A stretch of DNA of 64,000 nucleotides from Tannerella sp. (lineage in GTDB: Bacteria; Bacteroidota; Bacteroidia; Bacteroidales; Tannerellaceae). Shown here piece after piece: positions 1-9,036 of this stretch. The notes under the pieces were generated by a model. That model saw only the letters and a program-made list of their open reading frames with translations, was not told the origin of the DNA and ran no database searches. The position numbers and the translations under genes are program-made. Position 1 is the stretch's first letter; each line of letters begins with the position of its first letter. Where the stretch lies: positions 13,321-77,320 of the forward strand of contig JAITPV010000047.1 in assembly GCA_031289275.1 (NCBI GenBank), written 5' to 3'.

Positions 1-934
1 AGAGGCAAAAAAGCAGCAAGGCAATCCCCAGCGTAAGAATGGACGCAATCTTCAAACTCCGGTGCAGCATATGTTTATCCTGCGATTTCGCCAGATTCGG
101 ATACAACGCCTGATTAAACATCTGCATCGGGATCATGCCGCCGTTATAGAGTTTCTGGACAATGTCAAACGCCGCCACATCGTTCCACGACAGAAACAAA
201 CCGCACATGATCTTGGCCATGTAAGAATTGATCACCAACGAAGCGCGAGACATGAAGAACGGGGCGCTTTCCTTAAACTTCCGTTTCACCACGCCTGCCG
301 GAGGAAAATAAAAACGAATCTTATCCCTCACAAATACGAAATAACAGGACACAAGCGCCGACACAATCAGCCCCAACGATTGCAAAAGGGGAATATACGG
401 ATAATCATCGGCCGACCGGATGAAAATAAAGATGCTGACGGTATAAAACGCGATCGAAAAAAAACGCACAATCGTCAGCAGTTTCATATTCTCCTTGCCC
501 TGATAATACCAGATGGGTAAAAATATGTCCGAAAGGCAGGCCAGAAACGAAAAATAAAGCAACAGCGCCATCCGGTTCAGCGCCGGAACAGCCAGGATCA
601 GAAGATTCAAGACAAGAAACGAACCCAGCCCCAACACGCATTTAATGATCAATACGGACGATACGATCTCGTTTAATTTCGCTTTGTCGTTCCGGTATAC
701 GGAAACATCTTTCACGGCCGAAATATCCAAACCGAAATTCACGGCCAGCATGAAATAAGCGATAATCGACTGGGCAAAGGTCACCACGCCATAGTTCACG
801 CCTCCCACCGTTTGCATCAGGTAAGGCAGGGCAATGAACGGCATGGCCATTCTCAGCGCCTCAAAAAGGGTGAGATAGGACGCATTTTTCACAACCATCG
901 CATGCTTCCCGAACGAGAGAGGTCTGATTCGCAT
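1..934 (-). CDS. wzx: Wzx-type oligosaccharide flippase (runs off the left edge of the window)
   Basis: Not in the ORF track. Manual translation from ATG at 934 gives MRIRPLSFGKHAMVVKNASYLTLFEALRMAMPFIALPYLMQTVGGVNYGVVTFAQSIIAYFMLAVNFGLD..., a typical Wzx N-terminus. Lies downstream of wza and the chain-length gene. Confidence 0.85.
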   Translation of the reverse strand, partial: MRIRPLSFGKHAMVVKNASYLTLFEALRMAMPFIALPYLMQTVGGVNYGVVTFAQSIIAYFMLAVNFGLDISAVKDVSVYRNDKAKLNEIVSSVLIIKCVLGLGSFLVLNLLILAVPALNRMALLLYFSFLACLSDIFLPIWYYQGKENMKLLTIVRFFSIAFYTVSIFIFIRSADDYPYIPLLQSLGLIVSALVSCYFVFVRDKIRFYFPPAGVVKRKFKESAPFFMSRASLVINSYMAKIMCGLFLSWNDVAAFDIVQKLYNGGMIPMQMFNQALYPNLAKSQDKHMLHRSLKIASILTLGIALLLFCL

Positions 935-970
935 GGGTATTTCTTTCAGATGTTTTTCAGGCAGGTTATC

Positions 971-2572
971 TTACTTTGTCCGTTTATATTCTTCCAGGAT
1001 AGCAACCGTGATGTCTTTGGCAAACAAGTATCCGACCGGCAACACCAGCGTCAGGAGGATCATGCCGATGGCGGCATACAGTTTTCGCGGGCCGATGGGT
1101 TTCTTCATCACGAAGGCCGGGTCGGTCACCCGGGCGCGGTCGGTCTGATGCCCCAGCGACAGCACCGTTTCTTCCCTTTTCTGCAAAAGGATCAGGTAGA
1201 CGCCCTGAAGAATCTCCTGCTGGCGTCGGTAGCTCACGTATTCACGCTCCATCATGGGCACGCTTTTCATTTTGTCGAGCAGGGTCTTTTCCTTCGCCTT
1301 CAGATCGTTCAGCGTCATCTGACAACTCTTTTCCGCATTCCCGATTGTCAGATAGACGCCCTCGCGCAGTTTATCCACCTGAGCGTTCATGCTTTTATAA
1401 GCCGGGTTGTTTTCGTTTGAATTTTGCAACAAACGGTCGCGTTCCAGCAGCGCCTCGTTATATATCGTGATTGCGCCGGCTTTCTCGCCTTCCACCGCGG
1501 AGAGCAGAGACGGGATGACTTCGTATTTGTTGGCCGGGTTTTTTACATAATCCTCCATCAGCCGGATCACATAGGATTGCGCCTCCAATTCGACGATCTT
1601 TATCTGCAATTCCTTCATTTGTTCCGTATAAAACAATACATCCGACTCCAGCAGCGTCATTCCGTGCAACGTCTTGTACTTTTCGATATTCAGTTCCACC
1701 TCCTGCAATTCGGACACGATGTTGTCGATACGGTCATCCACAAAGGTCATCACCTTTTGATCTTCCGACCGCTTCAGGCTTTCCGCATTTTCGTTGTATT
1801 TTTGAATCAGGGTATTCAACATCGCTATGCCCCGGTCTTTCACATGATCGGTGCAAGTCAACTCAATCACATTGGACGTTTTCGACAGGTCTTCGATGAG
1901 AAACTCTTCCGCAAAAACCTCCGCCTGCCAACTGGCCGGCATACAGTTTATTTTCAGTTTGAAATCATGGCTGATGGAAGCGCCGTGATCGAAATCGAGC
2001 GTAAACGCCGCGTCTCCCAGCTGTATCCGGGCGGGCAGGGAGGTAAACGTAAACGTCTCTTTCTGCTTTCCGAAGGTACTCTTGGCGCCGACCTTTACTT
2101 TTCCGTTGCCGACCGCCACCGTAAACCTGTATTCATCCTCCGGACCGCCCGGCGCGACGGAATCCGGCGTCAGTTTCAACGGCGCTTCGTGATACATTTT
2201 ATAGTAAGAATACGGCCGGGTGTATTCCACATTCAATCCCAAATCAAGAATCATCCGGCTGAGCATTTGATTGGATGTTAAAATAGAAATTTCATCTTCG
2301 ATGCTTACGCCGCCGCTGCCGCCGCCGCCGATGCCAAACGATTTCATCAGCCCGGCCGCTTCGCCCAGGCCAAGCCCGGCCATGCCCACGTCTTTATCAT
2401 CCTGTATCTGGATGCGCGCCATAAATTCAAACGTCTTCGGATACAGCGACAGATAAATAGCCGCCGGAATAAGGGAAAAAAGAAAGGCGATCAGAAAGAT
2501 TTTCCATTGACGCAGATAGCGTACGACGATTGTTTTCAACCCCAGGGTTTCGGTATCTTTATTTTCTTCCAT
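971..2572 (-). CDS. Polysaccharide co-polymerase / chain-length determinant (Wzz/GumC, Wzc N-terminal-like, no kinase domain)
   Basis: N-terminal TM (WKIFLIAFLFSL), periplasmic coiled coil, P-x-x-P motif then C-terminal TM. No Walker A motif follows. Directly after wza. Confidence 0.85.
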   Translation of the reverse strand: MEENKDTETLGLKTIVVRYLRQWKIFLIAFLFSLIPAAIYLSLYPKTFEFMARIQIQDDKDVGMAGLGLGEAAGLMKSFGIGGGGSGGVSIEDEISILTSNQMLSRMILDLGLNVEYTRPYSYYKMYHEAPLKLTPDSVAPGGPEDEYRFTVAVGNGKVKVGAKSTFGKQKETFTFTSLPARIQLGDAAFTLDFDHGASISHDFKLKINCMPASWQAEVFAEEFLIEDLSKTSNVIELTCTDHVKDRGIAMLNTLIQKYNENAESLKRSEDQKVMTFVDDRIDNIVSELQEVELNIEKYKTLHGMTLLESDVLFYTEQMKELQIKIVELEAQSYVIRLMEDYVKNPANKYEVIPSLLSAVEGEKAGAITIYNEALLERDRLLQNSNENNPAYKSMNAQVDKLREGVYLTIGNAEKSCQMTLNDLKAKEKTLLDKMKSVPMMEREYVSYRRQQEILQGVYLILLQKREETVLSLGHQTDRARVTDPAFVMKKPIGPRKLYAAIGMILLTLVLPVGYLFAKDITVAILEEYKRTK

Positions 2573-2590
2573 GATGGAATTATTATTTTT

Positions 2591-3400
2591 TTATTTGGAT
2601 GAGATAGCTAATATAATTGTCGCGACGATGTTAATGCCCGTCATGATGGTCGAGATGGTTGTTAACGTATATTGTTGCGCCGTACTGTAATTGGCGTTCC
2701 TTTGCTTGGCCGTGTTCGGTTCCACGTAGACGATGTCATTTTGTTTGAGATAAAAATGAGGCGAAGCAAAAATATTCGGATCCGTCAGGTCGAAGCGCAC
2801 ATATTCTTTCGTACCGTTGTTTTCGCGAACCAGCAGGATATTTTTGCGATTGGCGTTGATCGTCAGATCGCCGGCCATCGTAATCAAATCCAGTATCGAG
2901 ATACGGTTATTGCGGACGTTGTAGGTATTTGACCGCGACACTTCGCCGAAAATGCCTACTTTGAAATTCACGATCTGTACGCTGACCAGCGCATCCGGAA
3001 CCGATTTTTTGACTATATCCTGCAATTTTTTACCGGCTTCCAATACCGTCAATCCCGCCAGATGCACCTGCCCCAATATCGGAAAGTTAATATCTCCGTT
3101 TTTATCTACCGGATAGGAAACAAGATTTTGCACAGTCGCCGTACCGTCCAGTTCGCCTTGCTGATAATAACCGTAAGCGGGCGGATTATAAGGCGCCGTA
3201 ACGGTTGGATCCCATGCGGATACGCTTATTGTTAACAAATCATCCTCGCAGATTCTCGTGTTGAATGTCTGATTCGTCAGCGCCAACTGTTCCGCGCTGA
3301 GGCCGTCAAGCCCCTGAAAATAGGTCACATCCTTGGGCGTACGGCAGGCGCTCAGCAGCAGTAGCACGACACATAACATCAGTCCTGATTTACTCTTCAT
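2591..3400 (-). CDS. wza: Polysaccharide export outer-membrane lipoprotein (Wza/OPX)
   Basis: Lipobox LLSAC, PES motif VDKNGDINFPILG, GEV and SLBB region AGDLT...DIVYVEPN. Confidence 0.92.
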   Translation of the reverse strand: MKSKSGLMLCVVLLLLSACRTPKDVTYFQGLDGLSAEQLALTNQTFNTRICEDDLLTISVSAWDPTVTAPYNPPAYGYYQQGELDGTATVQNLVSYPVDKNGDINFPILGQVHLAGLTVLEAGKKLQDIVKKSVPDALVSVQIVNFKVGIFGEVSRSNTYNVRNNRISILDLITMAGDLTINANRKNILLVRENNGTKEYVRFDLTDPNIFASPHFYLKQNDIVYVEPNTAKQRNANYSTAQQYTLTTISTIMTGINIVATIILAISSK

Positions 3401-3582
3401 AATATCATTGTTTTAGTTTAGTCTTTATCTTTATACATAAATTGGAAAAAGGTTCTTTTCTTCCAAAAATCGTATAAATAACGACATATTCCGGCGGATA
3501 TTGCCACCCTGTTCAACAAAAAAGGAAAAAAACGACACATATCCGGGGATTCTCTTTAATTTTGCCGGCAGAAAAAAATACA

Positions 3583-4431
3583 ATGATAGAAACAGGAAAA
3601 AACAATCGATTGAAAGTCGTCAAAACGGTAGATTTTGGCGTATATCTGGACGGCGGAGACGGACTGGAAATCCTTCTCCCCACGCGATATGTCCCGGACG
3701 GATGCCAGGCGGGCGACGAAATAGAGGTCTTCATCTACCACGATAACGAAGGCCGGCTGATCGCCACCACCCTCCGCCCCCTGGCCGCGGTCGGCGAGTT
3801 TGAGTGGATGACGGTAAAGGATGTCTCCGACGCCGGCGCTTTTCTGGAATGGGGGCTGATGAAGGATCTGCTGGTGCCCTTCCGCGAGCAAAAAGCGCCC
3901 ATGAAAGTGGGCGGACAGTATCTGGTGTATGTCTATCTGGACATCCTCACCCGGCGGATTGTCGCCTCCGCCCGTATCGACAAATTCCTTGATAATGTGC
4001 CGCCCCGCTATGAACGGAATCAGGAAGTAGACCTCCTCGTGGCCGACGAAACGGAGCTGGGATACAAGGTGATTATAAACAACCTGCACACCGGATTGCT
4101 GTATCACAACGAAGTGTTCCGCTCCCTGGCCAAAGGCGAAAAAGGGAAGGGTTACATCAAGGAAGTGCGCGAAGACGAAAAGATAGACGTCAGCCTGTAT
4201 CCGCTGGGCTATCAAAAAGTGGACGGCATAGCCCGCCATATCCTGCTGACGCTGAAGCAAAACGGAGGCTTCCTGCCGGTACACGACAAAAGTGATGCCG
4301 AAGAAATCTACGCACTCTTCGCCTGTAGCAAGAAAGCCTTCAAACAAGCCGTCGGCGCACTGTACAAACAACAATTCATCGCGCTCGAAAAAAACGGCAT
4401 ACGGATCAATACCCATTCAAAGATTCAATAA
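3583..4431 (+). CDS. cvfB: CvfB family S1 RNA-binding protein
   Basis: Repeated S1 domains (DFGVYLD, GAFLEWGLMKDLLVP) and C-terminal wHTH SKKAFKQAVGALYK. ATG at 3583 chosen over the track start; TAATTTTG -7 box at 3557. Confidence 0.9.
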   Translation: MIETGKNNRLKVVKTVDFGVYLDGGDGLEILLPTRYVPDGCQAGDEIEVFIYHDNEGRLIATTLRPLAAVGEFEWMTVKDVSDAGAFLEWGLMKDLLVPFREQKAPMKVGGQYLVYVYLDILTRRIVASARIDKFLDNVPPRYERNQEVDLLVADETELGYKVIINNLHTGLLYHNEVFRSLAKGEKGKGYIKEVREDEKIDVSLYPLGYQKVDGIARHILLTLKQNGGFLPVHDKSDAEEIYALFACSKKAFKQAVGALYKQQFIALEKNGIRINTHSKIQ

Positions 4432-4500
4432 TTCAACGATTCAACGATTCAACGAAATCCATTTCACGCAGATTTTCGCAGATTAAAACGCAGATTAAAA
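4423..4500. repeat. Short 8-mer tandem (GATTCAAC) followed by repeated CGCAGATT units
   Basis: gattcaataattcaacgattcaacgattcaacg, then cacgcagattttcgcagattaaaacgcagatt. A similar 8-mer run occurs at about 21694-21725. Confidence 0.6.
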
Positions 4501-4593
4501 GAACATGAAACATAAACAAACAATCATGACAGCAATAGAAGCAGTTCAATATATTAGTCATCCGTTTAGGGAAATACTATCCACGCACTCCCC

Positions 4594-4845
4594 GTTTAAT
4601 CTAACGCGACATCCGTTAAGTCTGACGCGCCGCCTGTTAAGTCTAACGCGAAGTCTGTTAGGTCTAACGTGTCGCTCGTTAAGTCTAACGTGCCGTCTGT
4701 TAAGTCTGATGCGCTACACGTTAAGTCTAACGCGCCATCTGTTAAGTCTGACGCGCTGCACGTTAAGTCTAACGCGCCGTCTGTTAAGTCTGACGCGCTA
4801 TACGTTAAGTCTAACGCACCGTCTGTTAAGTCTAACGCGCTGCAC
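4594..4845. repeat. Tandem array 1: 12 x 21 bp, core (C/T)GTTAAGTCTRACG plus a variable 6-mer
   Basis: Units start at 4594, 4615, 4636 ... 4825. The core is quasi-palindromic (GTTA-AGTC-TAAC). Confidence 0.97.
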
Positions 4846-4881
4846 GTATATACAATTTATTTATTCTTAAAATAGAACATT

Positions 4882-5535
4882 ATGTATGATTATATTCCTC
4901 GAAAAGATGCGGAATTAGTCGCATGGAGCGCCAATTTCGTTATACAGATAGCCGGTAATTTTATGAAATGGGATATACCCGAACAGGAAGTTATCAACCT
5001 GCAAGGTGTTACGAACAATTTTGCCGCATTTCACGCGCAAGCCGACAGCCCGGCAAAGAACTCGATCATCGTGATGGAAAAGAACGCTACCCGTAAGGTA
5101 CTTGTCGGCCTTATCCGCGGGCTGGTAAACTTTCGGCTGAAGAATCCCGTCATTACCGACGCGCAACGTATCGCAATGGGGATTCCTGTGCACGATACCA
5201 CGCGCTCATCAATCCCTGCGCCTGTTTCACGACCGGAAATCGACATCAATGTATTCGACGTGCGTCGCCTTAAAGTCCATTTCCACGACATGGGCAGCGC
5301 AAGCCGGGCTAAGCCCTACGGCGTGAGTGGCGCAGTGATTGTTTATGCCGTGCTTAAGGCGCCGCCGGCTTCGCCTGCCGACTTGACGTGCAGCATATTG
5401 GCCACCCGTACGCCGTATACGCTCGCATTTACCGAACAGGAACGCGGACAGACGGTCTATGTCGCCATCTGCTGGCAGAATAAAAAGGGTGAAAAAGGCC
5501 CGTACAGCGAAATCGAAAGCGCTATCGTGCCCTAA
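4882..5535 (+). CDS. Uncharacterised 217-aa protein (helical N-half, beta-rich C-half); paralog of 59343-60026
   Basis: Shares KNP.IT...R.AMGIP, SRAKPYGV.GA, RG....W.N..G.KGP and terminal AIVP motifs with the 227-aa ORF. No signal peptide. Confidence 0.85.
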   Translation: MYDYIPRKDAELVAWSANFVIQIAGNFMKWDIPEQEVINLQGVTNNFAAFHAQADSPAKNSIIVMEKNATRKVLVGLIRGLVNFRLKNPVITDAQRIAMGIPVHDTTRSSIPAPVSRPEIDINVFDVRRLKVHFHDMGSASRAKPYGVSGAVIVYAVLKAPPASPADLTCSILATRTPYTLAFTEQERGQTVYVAICWQNKKGEKGPYSEIESAIVP

Positions 5536-5556
5536 GGCTGTAACCGGACGGGGACG

Positions 5557-5597
5557 AAAAAAAAGAGGTTATCCCGGGCCGGGTAACCTCTTTCATT
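5557..5597. terminator. Intrinsic terminator hairpin, copy 1 of an identical 41-bp duplication
   Basis: A8-GAGGTTATCC-CGGGCC-GGGTAACCTC-TTT; identical to 5978-6018. Confidence 0.8.
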
Positions 5598-5673
5598 AAC
5601 CTGTTATTTTAATTTACCCCAAAGGTAAGACCGTTTTTTTACTCAAAGATCGTATAACTGCCATGAAAGACTT

Positions 5674-5910
5674 TCATCGCAATCCTCCGTTTTGATAACA
5701 AATTTCATATAACTCTCGGACTACCCGGAAAGGGTTATCGGTATGCAATGCCCACCAATGCTCGAAAAGATAGTCAAGTCCGCCATACTTTTTCAGATAA
5801 CGGTATGCTTCCTGCTTATTCATTTTGTAGGAACGGGCAAATTCCGGAATAATAAAAGTGATAAAACGCACCTTATTACTCGTTTCTCTATCTATTATTT
5901 TCGTTTCCAT
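5674..5910 (-). CDS. DUF3791-like small protein (orphan antitoxin-like)
   Basis: From ATG at 5910: METKII...FITFIIPEFARSYKMNKQEAYRYLKKYGGLDYLFEHWWALHT, which matches the DUF3791 pattern as I recall it. TACCTTTG -7 box at about 5934-5941. Confidence 0.75.
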   Translation of the reverse strand: METKIIDRETSNKVRFITFIIPEFARSYKMNKQEAYRYLKKYGGLDYLFEHWWALHTDNPFRVVRELYEICYQNGGLR

Positions 5911-5977
5911 ATTTCTTCGATCATTTAAGATGTCAAAGGTACAATTAAAATTCAAATGAAGGTGTAAGCGTCGAAGC

Positions 5978-6018
5978 AAAAAAAAGAGGTTATCCCGGGC
6001 CGGGTAACCTCTTTCATT
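5978..6018 (-). terminator. Intrinsic terminator of the serpin gene (copy 2)
   Basis: Same hairpin with a T8 tail on the minus strand, just after the serpin stop codon. Confidence 0.85.
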
Positions 6019-6036
6019 TGAGCAAGTCTGCAACGG

Positions 6037-7323
6037 TTACAGATTCCGGATGACCCCGGCAAAGAACACGCTGCCCGTGCTCTGTTCCTTGATGAAATAA
6101 ATAAAGGGACGGTTAAATTCCAGTACGGGAATAACCGGTTTTAGAGCAGGTTCCGCCAATGTGGTCATAACTATCCCTGTTACTCCTGCGGCTTCGGTGC
6201 CCTCTTCGTTTACTTCGATAAATGTTTTTTGCAGCACGCTGGACACCATCAGGCCTTCACTCGAGATTTGCGAAAAATCAGCATAGTCGCTGAACATCGA
6301 CGTCATGCCCAGGGCCATTAAATCTTCGTTCAATGTTTTTGTGTATTCGATTTTAAAACGGGGCAGACGGAGTTTGAGGCGCTGCAAATGCAGTCCGGAC
6401 AAATCGGCTTCCTCCAGGTCTTCCACAATGGAGGCCAGCGACGCATCCTCGCGGGGAAGCAGCAACAACATGCCGAAGGCTTCGTTGCCGTAGGGCAGTT
6501 CCACGAGTTCAAAGGTCTCTTTCGACCGGTAATTTAAATCGACTTCCTCGGCGAAATCCATCATCTTGACGTCCGTTGCCGCACCGTTGGCATTGTGGAA
6601 CGGGGCGTCTTTCGTGTTCTCCGGGTCGAAATGCAATGTCCAGTCGCCTTTGAAATACAGCGCATTTACCAGAAACATGCGCGTGTACGGATCCAATCCA
6701 TCCAGAAACTCCGGAATAAGGTCGTGCGTTTTTTCGGCGATCCATTCGTTAATCACGCCTTTCGTGGCGGGATCGGTAAAATCCACATTCCGCGCTTCGG
6801 CTTCAAAATACGTTTGATTCACTTCTTTAAAAGACGGGAATACCGGAAGATTGTCCGCGATCCAGAGGGCATTGGCGCTCTCGAAACTGACGCTTGCATC
6901 CAGTTTCTGCATGGCCTGCACCATCTTTTGGAAATAACCGTTCACGTCGTCCCTTGTCTGTTCGCCATAGCCCAGTGCGGTTTGAATCTGCGTCTGCGTT
7001 TCGCCGGCGGCGCCGTTGTTGAGCATGGCCAGCGCCAGGGTAGCGCTCAGGGGCGAGAGAAAAATGTTTGCTTCTTCCTCTTCGTTCCGGAAGACGTCTT
7101 TCAGCAGTTCAAACGCAAAGGCATTGTTTCCTTCCAAAACGGCCTGTTCGCCTTGTGTCAGAATAATATCTTCGCGCGGTATCAGGGGAGCTTTTTCCGT
7201 GGCTTCTTCCTTTGGCGGTGGAACAACCGTCTGTTCCATGTCGTCCTTCGACGTAAGTTCGTCGGATTTACATGCGTACAGTCCACACAATACACAGATC
7301 ATACCTAAAAATACTTTTTTCAT
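6037..7323 (-). CDS. Serpin family lipoprotein (miropin-like protease inhibitor)
   Basis: Lipobox LYAC, NIFLSPLS, VNALYFKGDW, hinge EVNEEGTEAAGVT, FNRPFIYFI. Confidence 0.95.
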   Translation of the reverse strand: MKKVFLGMICVLCGLYACKSDELTSKDDMEQTVVPPPKEEATEKAPLIPREDIILTQGEQAVLEGNNAFAFELLKDVFRNEEEEANIFLSPLSATLALAMLNNGAAGETQTQIQTALGYGEQTRDDVNGYFQKMVQAMQKLDASVSFESANALWIADNLPVFPSFKEVNQTYFEAEARNVDFTDPATKGVINEWIAEKTHDLIPEFLDGLDPYTRMFLVNALYFKGDWTLHFDPENTKDAPFHNANGAATDVKMMDFAEEVDLNYRSKETFELVELPYGNEAFGMLLLLPREDASLASIVEDLEEADLSGLHLQRLKLRLPRFKIEYTKTLNEDLMALGMTSMFSDYADFSQISSEGLMVSSVLQKTFIEVNEEGTEAAGVTGIVMTTLAEPALKPVIPVLEFNRPFIYFIKEQSTGSVFFAGVIRNL

Positions 7324-7493
7324 AGTTCATTCCTTTTAATAAAATCCAGTTACAGTAAATACTTTAGATTGTTTTTTTTAATACCCTCAAAGGTAAGACA
7401 ATTTTCCATTCCCGAGAAAAAAAATCAAAAACATTTCGCAGATTCAACGATTGGTTGTACTTTTGTACTATAAGACAGTAAAATATAACGAAG

Positions 7494-7655
7494 ATGGCAC
7501 TGGAAATAAAACCGGCACCGGTATTGATGGGTAAAGCAGCACGGGATTTTTACAAATCTCCGGAACAGGCAAAAGAAAGCAAAACGAAGGAAGAAGTGCA
7601 GGAAATAAACCGCAAAATGCGGGAATTTCCGGCAAAGCAAAAACACTTATTTTAG
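7494..7655 (+). CDS. 53-aa small protein resembling antitoxin-like partners of GNAT toxins
   Basis: Manual translation MALEIKPAPVLMGKAARDFYKSPEQAKESKTKEEVQEINRKMREFPAKQKHLF. TACTTTTG -7 box at 7458-7465. Confidence 0.55.
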   Translation: MALEIKPAPVLMGKAARDFYKSPEQAKESKTKEEVQEINRKMREFPAKQKHLF

Positions 7656-7680
7656 CTGAATGATTAACTTAATCTTCGAA

Positions 7681-8226
7681 TCATTGATTTTTTGAACGAA
7701 AGATACTGAAATTCACGGAACCATAAGTTCTTTTCTGATAGAAGTGCGGCAGGGCTGAAAAGTCATGGTCTTTGGAATGTTCCATCACAAAGATACCCCC
7801 GTCGCGTAGCAAATCGCCTGCCAGTATTTGCCGGGGCAATTCCGGCAGTTCGGCCATCGCATAGGGCGGATCGGCAAAGATAAGATCAAACGCCTGCTTG
7901 GGCGCCGAACGCAGGTATCGAAACACGTCGCCCCGAATCAGGTGGAGCGCATCCGTCTTTAATTCTTTTGCCACTTTGTTGATAAACATCGCATGTGCAT
8001 GATTCTGTTCCACGGCCGTCACACTCAGGCTGCCGCGCGAAAGCATTTCAAAGGAGATGCCGCCCGTTCCGGCAAACAAATCCAGCGCCGTCAGGTCTTC
8101 CCAGTCAACCAGGTTTTCAAGGACATTAAACAGATTCTCTTTTGCAAAATCCGTAGTCGGACGAGCGCCGAATGACGGCGGAATCTGAAATCTGCGCCGA
8201 CCGTATATGCCTCTTATGATTCGCAT
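7681..8226 (-). CDS. rsmD: 16S rRNA m2G966 methyltransferase RsmD family
   Basis: MRIIRG, RPTTDFAKENLFN, LDLFAGTG, DPPY. Confidence 0.92.
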   Translation of the reverse strand: MRIIRGIYGRRRFQIPPSFGARPTTDFAKENLFNVLENLVDWEDLTALDLFAGTGGISFEMLSRGSLSVTAVEQNHAHAMFINKVAKELKTDALHLIRGDVFRYLRSAPKQAFDLIFADPPYAMAELPELPRQILAGDLLRDGGIFVMEHSKDHDFSALPHFYQKRTYGSVNFSIFRSKNQ

Positions 8227-9026
8227 GCAAAGAGGCATTGAATGTCCAACGGCGCTTTTTCATACTCATGTCCGGGAGGAGGGGGCGCCGGTTCGATGTG
8301 CCGTACATATTTCCGCAGCGTTTCTTTCAACTCCTGATACACCGGCGGGTGTGCCGCAAGCAGAAGCCGGTCTTCCAACTGGTCTATTCCGGTTTGCCGC
8401 CATATATACAACAGATAATAGATGATATCCGTCGTATTTTCAACGTCGAACGAATTGAGGAATATCAACGTGCCTTTGTCGTAACAGGCGGCATCCATGA
8501 TATGGTCGTGCACGGCCACATATAACTGTTTCGGAAAGCAGGCCAGATTCTGTTTGCGCCAGAAGAGCAACTGCGATGTAATGGCATGGATGAATTGCGG
8601 GCGAATCAGCGAACGGGAACAAAATTCATATACTTCCGCCGGAATGTCATACAGGATTTCGGCCTCTAACGTCGCCACCGGTTCATGAAGCGCTTTCGAC
8701 ACGGGCACAGAAAAGACAAACGACATGAGTTGTTCCTTGTGTTCTTCGGCAAAGACGGTTTCCGGAACCAGGGTATATTGGCGGTTCACGCAAACGACGT
8801 ATACCTGTTTATAGGTGAAACTGAAGAAGGCGTGTTCAAAAAAAGCGTCCTTCAATGCCTGTATATAGGGTTTGGCACGGTCGAATGTCATTTCCGTGTA
8901 GAAGAAACTTTCTTTTTCCTGCGGACGGTGTCCGGCAAAAGAAAGTCCATCCGGCCGCAACCGGATGGACACTGCATATTCTTCCGCATTATCTATCGTT
9001 AACGTGTCTGGCACACGAAGAATCAT
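8214..9026 (-). CDS. DUF3822 family protein
   Basis: SIRLRPDGLSF, YTLVP, NSF...DIIYYLLY; usual position upstream of rsmD in Bacteroidetes. Confidence 0.8.
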   Translation of the reverse strand: MILRVPDTLTIDNAEEYAVSIRLRPDGLSFAGHRPQEKESFFYTEMTFDRAKPYIQALKDAFFEHAFFSFTYKQVYVVCVNRQYTLVPETVFAEEHKEQLMSFVFSVPVSKALHEPVATLEAEILYDIPAEVYEFCSRSLIRPQFIHAITSQLLFWRKQNLACFPKQLYVAVHDHIMDAACYDKGTLIFLNSFDVENTTDIIYYLLYIWRQTGIDQLEDRLLLAAHPPVYQELKETLRKYVRHIEPAPPPPGHEYEKAPLDIQCLFACES

Positions 9027-9036
9027 ACGGTTCGGA

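Noticed and set aside
4594..4845. CRISPR array interpretation of array 1 (and arrays 2-4)
   Set aside because: The variable segments are only 6-9 bp and recur rather than being unique 25-45 bp spacers, and no cas genes are present in the window.
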